DNA of 64,000 nt from an uncultured Candidatus Rokubacteria bacterium (GCA_963762145.1 CAVXJS010000022.1:1-64000), one strand, 5' to 3'. Positions 1 through 12,847 are shown, numbered from the stretch's first letter. Made by a program: numbers and translations. The notes: a model not told the origin generated them from the letters alone.

Positions 1-1
1 T

Positions 2-154
2 CTCGCGCCGCGGATGACGAATTTTGGGATTCCACCGGACTTGATCGACAGGCTAGATGCTGATGAAGGCGAGGCCGAGGCGCGAACCGCCAAGGCCCTC
101 GGCCTGACGATCCCACCGTCGCTCCTGCGACAGCGAGCGGGAGTGCTCGTCTGA
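2..154 (+). pseudogene. 3' end of an ORF finishing in a fragment of the ABC substrate-binding protein C-terminal motif
   Basis: Frame 2 reads ...DADEGEAEAR-TAKALGLTIPPSLL-RQRAGVLV*. TAKALGLTIPPSLL (from 86) is the conserved tail of ABC_sub_bind proteins, but the upstream residues do not match that family. Confidence 0.45.
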
Positions 155-404
155 GTGGGCGGCACGGTCGGCGGGCGGACTTCCATCCGCAACTGGACCC
201 GATGGACGTGGCGCACGTGGCCCGGGTTGAGGGGCCGGATCGTGGGCCAGGCGGTCAACAACTCACGCTGAGCTAGGGCCCGAATGGAGTTCTACAAGCC
301 GTAGCCTCCCAGCACGCAACGGTCGGGGATCTTCGACGGCCTCATGCAAACGATCATCGCCTTGCCATCCATGGCCTCAAGGCGACGCTCGAAGTGCCTC
401 AAAT

Positions 405-758
405 TCAGCGCACACCTTTGGCGAACTCGCTTTCTTGGATGAAGCGCCAGCCTGCTCGCTCCGCAGCGCCACGGTCGTCGCTCGCACCGGAAATGCCGAG
501 GATGTTGCCGACCATCACGTAGTCATGCCCCGGAATGTACTGCCGCAGTTGGCGCAAAAAGTCGTGCTTCTCGATGCCGCATGGCCCCACGAACGAGCAG
601 ATGTGGTGCCAGTCCGGACAGTGCAGCGTCACCATCGCCCAATTACCACAGAGGCCGACGATATCGCCATGCTCGCGCAACTTGACGAGATCGGACAGCT
701 TCACAGGACCCTTGCTGACTTCCAATGTCTCATCCACGTCGAACGCATACACGACCAT
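405..758 (-). CDS. Small HAD-superfamily hydrolase-like protein
   Basis: N-terminal AFDVDETL (DxD motif I), later MVGN...SDD motif; GGAGG RBS upstream. Confidence 0.65.
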   Translation of the reverse strand: MVVYAFDVDETLEVSKGPVKLSDLVKLREHGDIVGLCGNWAMVTLHCPDWHHICSFVGPCGIEKHDFLRQLRQYIPGHDYVMVGNILGISGASDDRGAAERAGWRFIQESEFAKGVR

Positions 759-829
759 AGCGGTTTCCTCCCCCTACTAGGCTCCAGCCAAACCCCTGAC
801 TGATCAGCCTCTACTGCCGTCCCCTCAAG

Positions 830-1248
830 ATCATCACGTAGAGTCCGGCTCCCTCCCAGCATCCTTCCCCGATCTTCGGACGAAACCGTCCCAAGCCTGG
901 AGCAGCACGCAAGCGTAGTCGTAGTCCCATCGCCGGACGCAACCTTCAGTTCCTGGAACATTGTTGATAGCTCAACATCTCCGGGCTTGAAGGCCATCAG
1001 ACTGGCAATCGGGACTGTGACTTTCCCACTTCGGTAGTCTAGGAACGCCTTGAGGACGGCTCCCAGGTCCTCGTAGGCCGCATATCCTTCTTCACGAGAT
1101 TTACAAGGTGCAGGTGGCGCCGAAGGGCATTATGGTCGGCTTTGAAAGCCTCCTCCAAAATGCGGGATGCAGGTGGAGTACTGTGCCTGTAAGCACGGCA
1201 TAGTCGAGGAAGAAAGAGATCGAGCTGAGTTAGGGTGTCGCCGGCCAT
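830..1248 (-). pseudogene. Frameshifted hypothetical protein in island edge (3' end approximate)
   Basis: Strong GGAGGAGG RBS before ATG 1248; MAGDTLTQLDLF... continues in another frame as AAYEDLGAVLKAFLDYRSGKVTVPIASLMAFKPGDVEL; lower GC. Confidence 0.4.
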
Positions 1249-1373
1249 CCCTGCCTCCTCCGTTCAAGCGGCGAGTGCGCTGGAATGCGCTAGAATGTGC
1301 CAGAGTTGGGCACACAATCTAGGCACAGACTCAGATCGGAGAAATTCTCTGGTGGGCAACTGTTTGAAATGAA

Positions 1374-1449
1374 TGGTGGGCTGGGACGGGATTGAACCGC
1401 CGACACCAGGATTTTCAGTCCTGTGCTCTACCAACTGAGCTACCAGCCC
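1374..1449 (-). tRNA. tRNA-Phe(GAA)
   Basis: Revcomp GGGCTGGTAGCTCAGTTGGTAGAGCACAGGACTGAAAATCCTGGTGTCGGCGGTTCAATCCCGTCCCAGCCCACCA; 76 nt, GAA anticodon, CCA encoded. Confidence 0.97.
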
Positions 1450-1463
1450 ACCACGAGTTTTCG

Positions 1464-1493
1464 AGGATAGCAGAACGGGGTGGAAAGTGTCTA
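1464..1493 (-). promoter_or_regulatory. Putative sigma70 promoter of tRNA-Phe
   Basis: TAGACA-18 nt-TATCCT with extended -10 TG. Confidence 0.45.
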
Positions 1494-1526
1494 CGGAGAC
1501 TGCCGAAAACGGCTCCCGCCGCGCCC

Positions 1527-1564
1527 CCCTCACCCTGCCCTCTCCCCTGAGGGGAGAGGGAGAT
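1527..1564. repeat. REP-like palindromic repeat, copy 1
   Basis: CCCTCACCCTGCCCTCTCCCCTGAGGGGAGAGGGAGAT; related copies at 1911 and 61049. Confidence 0.8.
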
Positions 1565-1567
1565 TCG

Positions 1568-1902
1568 CTAGGCTTGGGGCTTGCCGCGCTCGTCGAACTC
1601 GGCGCCGGTGTCGGACTCGAAGACGATGCGGTCGTCGTCGTCCACGGTGAACGCCTCGTGGAGCACGAACGGCACCTCGTGCTGACCAGGAAGCGTGTGA
1701 GCCTGGCCACCGCGACCGGGTGCGAGTCGAGGTGGAACGACAGCGCCAGGTCGCCGATGTCGTCGATGGCGAAGATGGCCCAGTTGCCGACGATGAGGGC
1801 CTCCATCTCGTCCTCGAAGGTCACGCCGCCCTCGAACTCCTCGGAGCCCTGGGCCAGCTCGTGGAGCTCCTGGAGCTTGGCGCGCCGCTGGGCCTCGTCC
1901 AT
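1568..1902 (-). CDS. Acidic hypothetical protein (one frameshift)
   Basis: MDEAQRRAKLQELHELAQGSEEFEGG... joins QHEVPFVLHEAFTVDDDDRIVFESD...*; strong GC3 bias. Confidence 0.65.
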
Positions 1903-1910
1903 CAGCGCAC

Positions 1911-1943
1911 CCCTCACCGTGCCGCTCCCCGAGGGGAGAGGCG
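1911..1943. repeat. REP-like palindromic repeat, copy 2 (degenerate)
   Basis: CCCTCACCGTGCCGCTCCCCGAGGGGAGAGGCG. Confidence 0.65.
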
Positions 1944-3304
<1,361 letters not shown>

Positions 3305-3308
<4 letters not shown>

Positions 3309-4204
3309 CCTTCGTTCGGGCGGTCCGGGCGCCGCGGGGCGATCCGCGAACAGTCGAGCAGCTCAAGCATGCCAACGTGGGCCGCCAAAGGCAAGCCGTC
3401 CACCGTCGGCTCGGCCCGCCGCGTGAGGCCGTCCACCGCGCCCGCGTCCACGCAGGCCCGCACCATCGCGCGCTCCTCCTCGGCGGCGTGCAGGAGCGGC
3501 CGGCCGGCCAGCGCGGACAGCTCGGCCACGATGCCGTAGGCGCCCCAGTTCGACGTGCCCGCGACCACGAGGTGCCGCACCTTCACCACCGAGGCGATGG
3601 CGCGGAGGACGGCGCCGGCGCGCGCCACGCGGGCGCGCACGTTGCCCATGCCGATCTCGTTGCCGCCGTCGCCGACGCCCACGGTGGTCGGTGCGCCGGG
3701 GCGCGGCCAGGAACAGCGCGTCGAGCGGCGCGTTCCAGTCGGCGCACGGACTGCGCCGCGCGCGCTCCGGTAGTCGCCGTCGCGCGCGCGCCCGGGCCGC
3801 TCGATGCCGACGAGATGCTCGGCGCGTGCTCCGCCAGGAGCCGGCGCGCGGCCGCCGCGCGGCGCCGGGCTCGGCCGCCGCCGCGCGTGCGGGACGTGGA
3901 ACGTCAGCGACGGGCGCCGGCTCGCCGAGGACGCGTCAGCGCGGCCTGGAGCGGCGGCACGCGACCGCGTCGGTGACGTAGCGTCACCTCCTTGCCGAGC
4001 TGCGCGCAGCGCGCGGCCGAGCGAGGCGGCGCCGGGCGGCCCGTCGGTCTCGGGCAGGCCCGGCGCCCACCGTGAAGCCGGTGGTGATGAGCACGCGCCG
4101 GCGCCGGCGCAGCGACCGGGCCGCCGCGGCGGCGCCGCCGCGCACGAAGAACGCGCGCGATGCCCCGGCGCGCCCGGGTCCAGGGCGAGGAGCTGATCGA
4201 TCAC
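3305..4204 (-). CDS. D-glutamate cyclase-like protein (DUF4392), frameshifted
   Basis: ETDGPPGA, GIERPGRARDG, GVGDGGNEIGMGNV, VVAGTSNWGAYG. Confidence 0.85.
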
Positions 4205-4207
4205 GGC

Positions 4208-4740
4208 TAGCGCTTCGGCGCGGCGGGGCGGTGCCGGGCGGCGCGGGCGCGTCGGGCTGCGGCGCGCGTGAAGGTCATCGACACCGTGTCGTGCCCGTCC
4301 TTGGTCGAAGATGACGAGCAGGCCGTCCTTTAGAAGAACGTCGTCCTGGTCCTTCTGCTGCCGATCGGCGTCGGGCGAGCCCCAGCCTGCGCGACCGTGT
4401 TCTTGCCGAAGATCATGGGCTTGGGCTCGAGGCGGAGGAGCGCGCACCAGCGTCGGCTTGTAGCCGCTGCGGCGTGAGCAGGCCGAAGTCCACCGTCATC
4501 CGCTTGATGCCGCCCGGCGCGCGCGCGCCCTCGTAGACCCATTGCATGCGTGTCGTAGCCCTCGACCTTGGCGCGCGTCTCCTTGCTCGGCGCGCCGTAG
4601 CGCTCGCGCACCTGCTCGATGGTGGTCACGCCGGGCTCGATGCCGCCCCAGCTCCGCGGCCGGCCGCGCCGCCGGCGCACACGAGCAGGCCCAGCGACGG
4701 CGAGCGCGGCCAGGAGCGCAGCGCGCGCTCGGCAGGCCAT
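4208..4740 (-). CDS. Secreted hypothetical protein with SmpA/BamE-like motif, frameshifted
   Basis: Signal-peptide-like MACRARAALLAALAVAG; WGGIEPGVTTIEQVRERYGAP. Confidence 0.55.
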
Positions 4741-6354
4741 CAGAAGCCGATCGCCGCGCCGTCGCCGCGCGGGTCCGCGCCGCCGCGCAGCGTGCCGTCG
4801 GTGAGCGTGATGCCGTGGGCATGGCCCATCCGCACGAACCAGTCGGACACCGGCTGCACCTTGTGGCCCATGCGGCGCGAGGCCCTCGCGCACCTCCGCG
4901 GGCACGCGGCTCTCGATGCGCGCCGCGTCGACCGGACGTCGCCCGGATCGATCGGCCCGTACACGAAGCGCGGCCGCTCGATCGCCTCCTGGATCTCCAT
5001 GCCGTAGTCGAGCACGTTGGTGAGCGCCTGGGCGTGGAACATCGCCTGCCCGTCGCCGCCCATCGTCGAGTAGCCCAGGACGGGCAGCGTCGTCGCGCGT
5101 GACCACGCAGGCGATCAGGGTGTGGAACGGGCGCTTGCGCGGGCGCGAAGCAGTTCGGATGCGTGGGGTCGGTGTTGAAGTACGCGCCGCGGTTCTGCAG
5201 CACGACGCCGGTGCCCGGCGCGACCACGACCCGAGCCGAACGACTTGTAGAGGCTCTGGATCACGCTCAGCGACGTTGCCGCGCCCGTCGGCGACCACGA
5301 AGCCGGTGGTGTCGCCGTCGATCTCGCCGCACGATGGGCCTGCGCCTTGTCCGGGTCGAACGCGCCGCCGCCGCTTGTCCGCGTAGCCCTTGTCGAGCAG
5401 CGCCTCGACCGGCACGCGCGCGTGCGTCGGGATCGGCGACCCAGCGGTCGCGGTCGGCGTAGGCGAGCTTGGTCATCTCGATCAGGAGGTGCAGATGCTC
5501 GACGCGAGTGGACACGGATGGCGCGCGAGGTCGAAGCCCTCGAGCAGGTTGAGGCGTGAGCAGCGCGGCGAGGCCCTGGGTCGGCGGCGGCGTCTCGTAC
5601 ACGGTGTAGCCGCGGTACGTGGTCGAGATCGGCTCGCCCCACTCGCCCTCGTGCGCGGCCAGGTCGTCCGCGGTGAGGAAGCCCTCGGCCGCCATGCGCG
5701 TCGGCGATGGCGCGCGCCACGCGCACCCGCGATAGAAGAGCTCGGGATCGTCGCCCAGCTCGGTCAGCGTGCGCGCCAGGTCGGGCTGGCGGAAGCACTC
5801 GCCGGTCTGCGGGAACTCGCCGCCGGGCACGAAGACGCGCCGCCACTCCGGATCGTCGTCGCCGGGCGCGCGCTCGCGGATCGCCTGCGCGACGATGTCG
5901 CGAGAGCGGGAAGCCCTCGCCCGCGTAGTGCACGGCCGGCTCGAGCAGGTCGCCGAGCGGGCGCGTGCCGAAGCGCTCGAGCAGCATGCGCCACGCCGCG
6001 CGTCACGCCCGGCACCGACACCGAGCCCGGCCCGTACGCTCGGCACCGCGGTCGAGGCCGCGCCGCGCCGAGCTCGTCGAGCGTGGCGCGCGCGCCCGAG
6101 CGGCCCGCGCCGTTCAGGAAGTGCACGCGCCGCGTCGCCGCCTCGTAGTAGAGGCAGAAGAGGTCGCCGCCCACGCCGCAGAAGTTCGGCTGGGTGACCG
6201 CGAGCACGGCGTTGGTGGCGATGGCGGCGTCCACCACGTTGCCGCCCGACTTCAGCACCTCCACGCCGGCCAGCGAGGCGAGCGGGTGGCACGCGGCCAC
6301 CATGCCGCGGCGGCCCATGGGCGCCTGGCGATGCGCGTAACCGATCTGGGGCAT
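4740..6354 (-). CDS. ggt: Gamma-glutamyltransferase family protein, frameshifted
   Basis: GGNVVDAAIATNAVLAVTQP, ETPPPTQG, DGDTT (catalytic Thr), KRPFHTLI, MGGDGQ, GGADPRGDG. Confidence 0.9.
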
Positions 6355-6361
6355 GTCTCTC

Positions 6362-7403
6362 CTATCGCCGTCCTTCCGAGAAGATCGCTGGTGATCTCGT
6401 CCTGCGGGAACGTGGGCATCGGGACGCGCGTCGCGCCCGCCGGTGGCGAGGCGTCACGCCCTGGCGAGGCCGCGGTGACGCGGCCGATCGGCGGCGCAGT
6501 CGATGCCCGCGCCGCGGCAGGCCGCGATCACGCGCGCGGCGTCGGCCGGATCCACCGCGAGCAGCAGCGAGCCCGAGGCGATGGTGCCGAGCGGGTCGAG
6601 CCCGAACGCCTCGCAGAGCACGCGGCCCTCGCGCAGCACCGGGATGCGCTCGCGGTCCACGCGGAGCCCCACGTCGGCGGCCTGGGCCAGCTCCCAGCAC
6701 GCGGTGGCCACGCCGCCCTCGGTCGGGTCGTGCATGGCGTGCACGCGCGCGGCGCGCGCAGGCGAGCGCGCGCCTCGGGCACCACGCTGATCCCGGGCGT
6801 CGCGCAGGAAACCGCGCGCGCGCTCGACCACGTCGGCGGGAACGCCGCGCCGCTCGCGCCTCGGCCGCCGCGCTCGCGCGCGATGATCGCCGCGCCCTCG
6901 AGCGGCACGCCCTTGGTCAGGAGCAGCGCGTCGCCGACCCGCGCGCCGCCCGTGGTCACCAGGCGGTCCTTCTCCACCTCGCCCAGCATGCAGCCGGACA
7001 CGATCGGCGCGCGGCAGCCCCGCGGTCACCTCCGTGTGGCCGCCGACGAGCGCGACGCCCAGCTCCGCGCACGCCGCGCGCAGCTCGGCGAACAGCGCGC
7101 TCGACGCCGAGCTCGGTCGCGCCGCCCTCGGGCAGGAGCACGGTGGCGAGGAACCAGAGCGGCCGGGCGCCGCGCACGGCGAGGTCATTGGCGTTGACGT
7201 GCAGCGCGTACCAGCCGAGCCTCGTCGGTCGCGAACGTGATGGGATCGGCGGTCGCGACCAGGTAGCGATCGCCGATGTCGAGCACGGCGGCGTCCTCGC
7301 CGACCCGCGGCCCCACGACCACGCGCGGATCATCGGAGCGCGTGCGCGTTCAGCAGGCGCTGGAGGAGCTCGGCGGCAGCTTGCCCACCGGCAGCGCTGG
7401 CAT
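6362..7403 (-). CDS. AIR synthase (PurM/HypE-like) family protein, frameshifted
   Basis: LPVGKLP, HVNANDLAVRGARP, LVGGHTEVT, AMHDPTEGG, DPLGTIASGSLL. Confidence 0.85.
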
Positions 7404-7705
7404 GGCCCCGTAGTATATAGCAATAATTTCGCTAGGATGGCCCCGTGGCTCGATCCGATCGCAAGTGCGTTCCCGACGTGAGCAGAGGCCGGACCGGTCT
7501 TCACCTCCCCGGCCGACATGGACGGCCGGCCCAGGCGCGACCCGCCCCGCGCACGTGACGGGATGGACGCCCATTCGCCCCGATGGCGATGACCCGGACG
7601 GAGGACTCGGACCTTCGCAGGTTTCGCCGACGAGATCAGAGCGGCTGCCCGGAAGCCGGCCCGGCGGTGGCCGGTGAGCATCGGGGCCTAAAAAGCTTTA
7701 GACAG

Positions 7706-9130
7706 TTAGAATAGTGGGCCGGCGGCCCGCAGCGCGGCCACGACCAGGGGCGTCGGATAGAGCCCGGTGATCACGACCCCGAGCACGCAGAGGAAGATGC
7801 AGAAGGACAGCAGCGGCGCCACCGGGATCGGATCGCGCCGCTCGGGCGCGTCGATGTACATGCTCTTGGCAATCAGCAGGTAGTAGAAGAGGGCGACGAC
7901 GGTCAGGACCGCGCCCACCAGTACTAACCAGTAAAGCCCCTGTTCCGCCGCCGCCCAGAACACGTAGAGCTTCGCCCAGAAACCGGCGACGAACGGAATG
8001 CCCCCCAGCGAGAGCAGGAAGAGCAGCATGCAGAGCGCGAGGATCGGGGAGCGCTGGGCGAGCCCGCGATAGGCCGCGATGCCCTCCGAGCCCTCGCCTG
8101 GGCCACGACCTCCACGACCAGGAAGGCGCCCATGTTTCCGAAGAGATACGCCACCAGGTAGAAGAGCATCATGGCGACGCCGTTGGCCGAGACGGCGGCG
8201 AACCCGATCAGCATGTAGCCGATGTGGGCCACGCCCGAGTAGGCCAGCAGCCGCTTGACGTTCTGCTGCGGGATCGCCATCAGGTTGCCGCCGATGATGG
8301 TGACGGTGGCGAGGCCGGCGGCCGCGGGCACCCAGAAGAGCACGCGATCGCCCATGCCTTCGAGGTAGAGCCGGAAGATCACGACGAAGCCGGCCGCCTT
8401 GGGCGCCACCGAGAGCCACGCCACGAAGGGCGTGCTGGCGGCCTCGTAGGTATCGGGCACCCACATGTGGAACGGGAACGCGGCGATCTTGAAGCCCAGC
8501 CCGCCCAGGGCCAGCAGCATCCGAGCAGCATCATCGGATGCCCGGTCGACATGGCGGCCGCGATGCCCCGCACGTCGGTGGTGCCCGCGACGCCGTAGAT
8601 GAAGGACAGGCCGTAGGCCAGCACCGCCGAGGAGACCGTGCCCATCAGGAAGAACTTCAGCGCCGCCTCCACCGCCTCCGGCTCGCGCTTGAGGAAGCCG
8701 GTCAGGTAGTAGAGCGGGATCGACATCAGCTCGAAGGCCACGAAGAGCAGGATCAGGTCGCGCGCCGAGGACAGGATCAGCATGCCCAGCAGCGAGGCCA
8801 GGATGGCCAGGTAGTACTCGGTGGCCCGGCGGGCGAAGCGACCGCCCGCGAGCGGCAGCGAGGCGAGCACGCCGATCAGGGTGGCCAGGAGGAACAGGCG
8901 CTTGGCGAAGAGGGCCAGCTCGTCCTGTACCAGGGCGCCGCGGAACATCTCGGTCCCCCCTCGGCCCGCCAGGCGAGGCCGAACAGGATCACGAGGCCGA
9001 CCGCGCTGAGCACCCCCACCCGGCGCTTGTCCTCGGAGCGCATGAAGAGGCCCACGAAGAAGACGAGCAGCATCAGGACGGCCAGGCCGAGCTCGAGGCC
9101 CAGCGGGCCGCCCACGGTCAGCCCGCTCAC
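7706..9130 (-). CDS. nuoN: Complex I subunit N, frameshifted
   Basis: FELMSIPLY, EAALKFFLMG, GFKIAAFPFHMWVPDTYE, KRLLAYSGVAHIGY, SLGGIPFVAGFWAK. Confidence 0.93.
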
Positions 9131-10671
9131 TGGAGCACCCAGAGCCGGTTGAGGAGCGGCATCGTGGCGGTGTCCACCGGGCCGAGCGCCAGCGAGGGCC
9201 ACACCCCGAAGAGCACGATCGTGGCGACCAGGATCCAGAGCGCGGCCCACTCGGGCCCGCGCGCGTCGGGCAGGTTCAGGAAGTGCGGATCGGTGGACGG
9301 CGGCCCCCAGAAGATCTGCTTGGTCACCCGCAGCACGTAGATCGACGTGAGGTAGGCGCCGAGCACGCCGGGGAAGAGCCACCAGGCGTACGAGGACTGC
9401 CACGCGCCCAGGAACGTCAGCAGCTCGGCCACGAAGCCCGCGGTCGCGGGCAGCCCCAGCGAGGAGAGGCCGGCGATGGTGAAGGCGGTGGCGATGCCCG
9501 GCATCATCCGCGCCGAACCCGCTCATCTTGAAGATCTCGCGCGAGTGGGACTTCTCGTAGACGAGGCCGACCAGGGCGAAGAAGAGCCCGGTCATGATCC
9601 CGTGGGCGAACATCTGGAACACCGAGCCGTTCAGCCCCACCTCGGTGAGCGTGGCCATGCCCAGCATCACCACGCCCATGTGGGAGACCGAGGAGTACGC
9701 GATCACGTACTTGAGATCCGTCTGGGCCATGGCCGAGAAGGCCCCGTAGACGATGTTGACGCAGGCGATGGTGCCCACCAGCCACGACCACTGGAGCGTG
9801 CCGTCCGGCAGCAGGCCCATGCCGAGGCGCACCACGCCGTAGGCCCCGAGCTTCATCAGCACCCCGGCGTGGAGCATGGAGACCGCGGTCGGCGCGGAGG
9901 CGTGGCCGTCGGGCGACCAGGTGTGGAGCGGCCAGATGCCGGCCAGGATGCCGAAGCCCACGTAGAAGGCGAGGAAGACCCAGGACTGCAGCTTCGGGTC
10001 GAACTGGGTCAGCTCCATCTCGAGGAACGAGAACGAGGAGGAGTCGCCCGCCACGTAGAGGGCGAGGATGCCCACCAGGATGAAGGCCGACCCGAAGAGC
10101 AGGTACAGGGTCAGCTTCATCGCCGCGTACTCCTTGGTGCCCACCCCGGTGCGGCCGAACGCCCAGCCGAAGATGCCCTGCGGGCGCACCTCGCCGCTCG
10201 AGCCCCAGATGCCGATCAGGAGGTACATCGGGAGCACCGCGATCTCGTAGAACAGGAAGAGCACGAAGAGGTCGAGGGAGACGAAGACGCCGTAGACGCC
10301 GGTCACCAGGATCAGGAGGAGCGCGTAGAACTCCTGGCTGCGGACCTTCACGGTCCACGAGGCCCACGCCCCCGCGAAGATGATGATCGAGGTGAGCAGG
10401 ATCATCAGCAGGCTCATGCCGTCGACGCCGAGCTGGTAGTTGATGCCGAGCGCGGGCACCAGCGGGAAGTCCTCGTAGAACTGGAAGCCCGCCGCCTCGC
10501 GATCGTAGGCCACGTAGACCGCGATCGAGAGCACGAGGGACACGCTCGTGGAGACGACCGCGAGCCAGCGCACCAGCAGCGCGTTCCGGCGGGCCAGGAA
10601 CATGATCAGGAGCGCCCCCACGAAGGGCGCCCAGGTGATGATCGAGAGAACCGGGAAACTATGGAGGCCAT
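9127..10671 (-). CDS. nuoM: Complex I subunit M, frameshifted
   Basis: LGVDGMS, FYEIAVLPMY, PLHTWSPDGHASAPT, LMKLGAYG, IAYSSVSHMG. Confidence 0.93.
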
Positions 10672-10674
10672 CGA

Positions 10675-12538
10675 TTACTTGGGCCAGCGCATCCAGACCA
10701 TGAGGACCAGCACGCCCAGCGCGATCCCGTAGAGGTAGTCCTGGGCCTGGCCGGTCTGGATGCGGCGCAGCCGGTCGCCCGCGGTGAGGGTCCAGGCGCT
10801 GAGCACGTTGAGGATGCCGTCCACGATATAGCGGTCCACCCAGCCGATGCTCCGGGAGACGCCCAGGATCACGCCGCCGGTAGAGTCAGCGCGAAGAGAT
10901 CGTCCAGCCAGAACCGCTCCACCGCGGCCTCGCTGATCCACGCGAAGCGCTCGAAGAGCCGGTCCGCGCTGATCGCGCGCAGCCCGTAGACGAGCCAGGC
11001 GAACACGATGCCGCCGACCGCGATCGCCGACCGCGAGCGGCGTGAGCCAGGCGGGCGCCGCGAACTCCCCTTCGGGGTGCCAGATCGAGAAGCCGATGCC
11101 GATGGCCATCGCCAGCAAGGCCAGGATCCAGAGCGGCAGCGTCATGATCATCGGCGCGTCGTGGGCGTGCGCCTCGCCGTGCCCGTCGTGGCCGGCCCGC
11201 GCGGCCGCGGGGGCGCCGAGGAACGCGATGAACACCACCCGGAACATGTAGAAGGCGGTGAGGAAGGCGGCCAGCACCAGCATCCCGAAGGGCACCAGGA
11301 GCCCGCCCGTCCAGGTCGCGCCCAGGATCTCCTCCTTGGAGAAGAAGCCCCCGAAGAACGGGAATGCCCGCCAGCGAGAGGGTGCCCACCAGGAACACGA
11401 TGAAGGTCTGCGGCATGCGGCGGGCGAGGCCGCCCATCGCGTGGATGTCGTTGCTGCCGACCGCGTGGATCACCGCGCCTGCGGCCAGGAAGAGCAGCGC
11501 CTTGAAGACCCCGTGCGTGAGCAGGTGGAGGAAGCCCGCGCTCGCGAAGCCGGCGCCGATCGCGGCCATCATGTAGCCGAGCTGCGACACGGTCGAGTAG
11601 GCGAGCACCCGCTTGATGTCGGTCTGCACGCACGCCAGCGTGGCCGCGAGGAGCGCGGTGAAGGCCCCGATCCAGCCCACCGCCGCGAGCACGTCGGGCG
11701 TCTGCTGAAACAGGAACGCGGTGCGGAAGAGCAGGTAGACGCCCGCGGTCACCATGGTCGCGGCGTGGATCAGGGCCGAGACCGGCGTCGGGCCTTCCAT
11801 CGCGTCGGGCAGCCAGACGTGGAACGGGAACTGGGCGGACTTGCCGGCGGCGCCGAGGTAGATGAAGAACGTGACGAGCCCGAGCCCGGCCAGCGCTTCG
11901 CCGCCGCCCACCGCGAGCTCGAAGAGCTCGGAGAAGTCGAAGGTGCCGGTGCGGCTCCAGAGCATCACGATCCCGATCAGGAAGAACGCGTCACCCGCTT
12001 TGGTGATCCAGAAGGCCTTCACCGCCGCGCGCGCCGCCTCGGGGCGGGGGTACCAGTAGCCGATCAGGAGGTAGGAGCAGAGACCCACCAGCTCCCAGCA
12101 GATGAAGAGCTGGACGAAGTTGGGGGCGAGCACGATCCCCATCATCGAGAACGCGAACAGCGACTGATAGGTGTAGTAGCGGCCGAGCGAGGCGGGCGGC
12201 TCGTCGGCCAGATAGCCGAGCGAGTAGACCTGGACCAGGAACGACACCAGCGCCACCAGGACCAGCATGAGGGTCGCGTCGGCGTCCACGAGCACGCCCA
12301 CCGAGGTGAGCACCCCGTCCTCGACCGGGATCCAGTCCCAGAGCATCCGGCGCGCCATGTCCGGCACCGTCGCGCGCCACGCCGACACGGCCCCCACCAG
12401 CGCGGCCAGCGAGATCACGATCGAGAGCCACGCGGCCGGCTTCCCGGAGCGGCGGAGCGGGACGATCAGGCTCAGGATCAGGAACGCGAGACCGGGGGCC
12501 AGCCAGGTCCAGAGCGCGAGGAAGCCGGAGACGGCCAT
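10675..12538 (-). CDS. nuoL: Complex I subunit L, frameshifted
   Basis: WELVGLCSYLLIGYW, GKSAQFPFHVWLPDAMEGPTPVSALIHAATMVTAG, HGVFKALLFL. Confidence 0.95.
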
Positions 12539-12546
12539 CGGGCGGG

Positions 12547-12846
12547 CTATCCCTTCAACAGGTCGAGGTGGTCCGCCACCGCGGTGCGGCGGACGCGGAA
12601 GATCAGGATGACCAGGGCCAGGCCCAGCGCCACTTCCGCCACCGTGATGCAGATGGTGAAGACGGTGAAGACCATGCCGGAGACGTCGCCGAGGAAGCGG
12701 GCGAACGCCACCAGGTTGATGTTCACCGCGTTCAGCATCAGCTCGATGCCGAGCAGGATGCCGATGGTGTTGCGCCGGGTGATGACGCCGAAGAGCCCGA
12801 TGCAGAAGAGCATGGCCGCGAGGGTGAGATAGGCCTGGAGCGTCAT
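12547..12846 (-). CDS. nuoK: Complex I subunit K
   Basis: GIELMLNAVNIN, TVAEVALGLA. Confidence 0.95.
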   Translation of the reverse strand: MTLQAYLTLAAMLFCIGLFGVITRRNTIGILLGIELMLNAVNINLVAFARFLGDVSGMVFTVFTICITVAEVALGLALVILIFRVRRTAVADHLDLLKG

Positions 12847-12847
12847 C

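Larger units (their letters stand above)
1..1373. mobile_element. Edge of a genomic island/integrative element inserted at the tRNA-Phe 3' end
   Basis: Visibly lower GC than 1.5-64 kb, gene fragments, att-arm-like repeats at 1277-1327 directly 3' of the tRNA. Confidence 0.55.

Noticed and set aside
7590-7640. c-di-GMP-I riboswitch-like GGCGAAACC...GCGAAGG on the minus strand
   Set aside because: The downstream GACGCAAAG/P3 consensus is absent; resemblance only.
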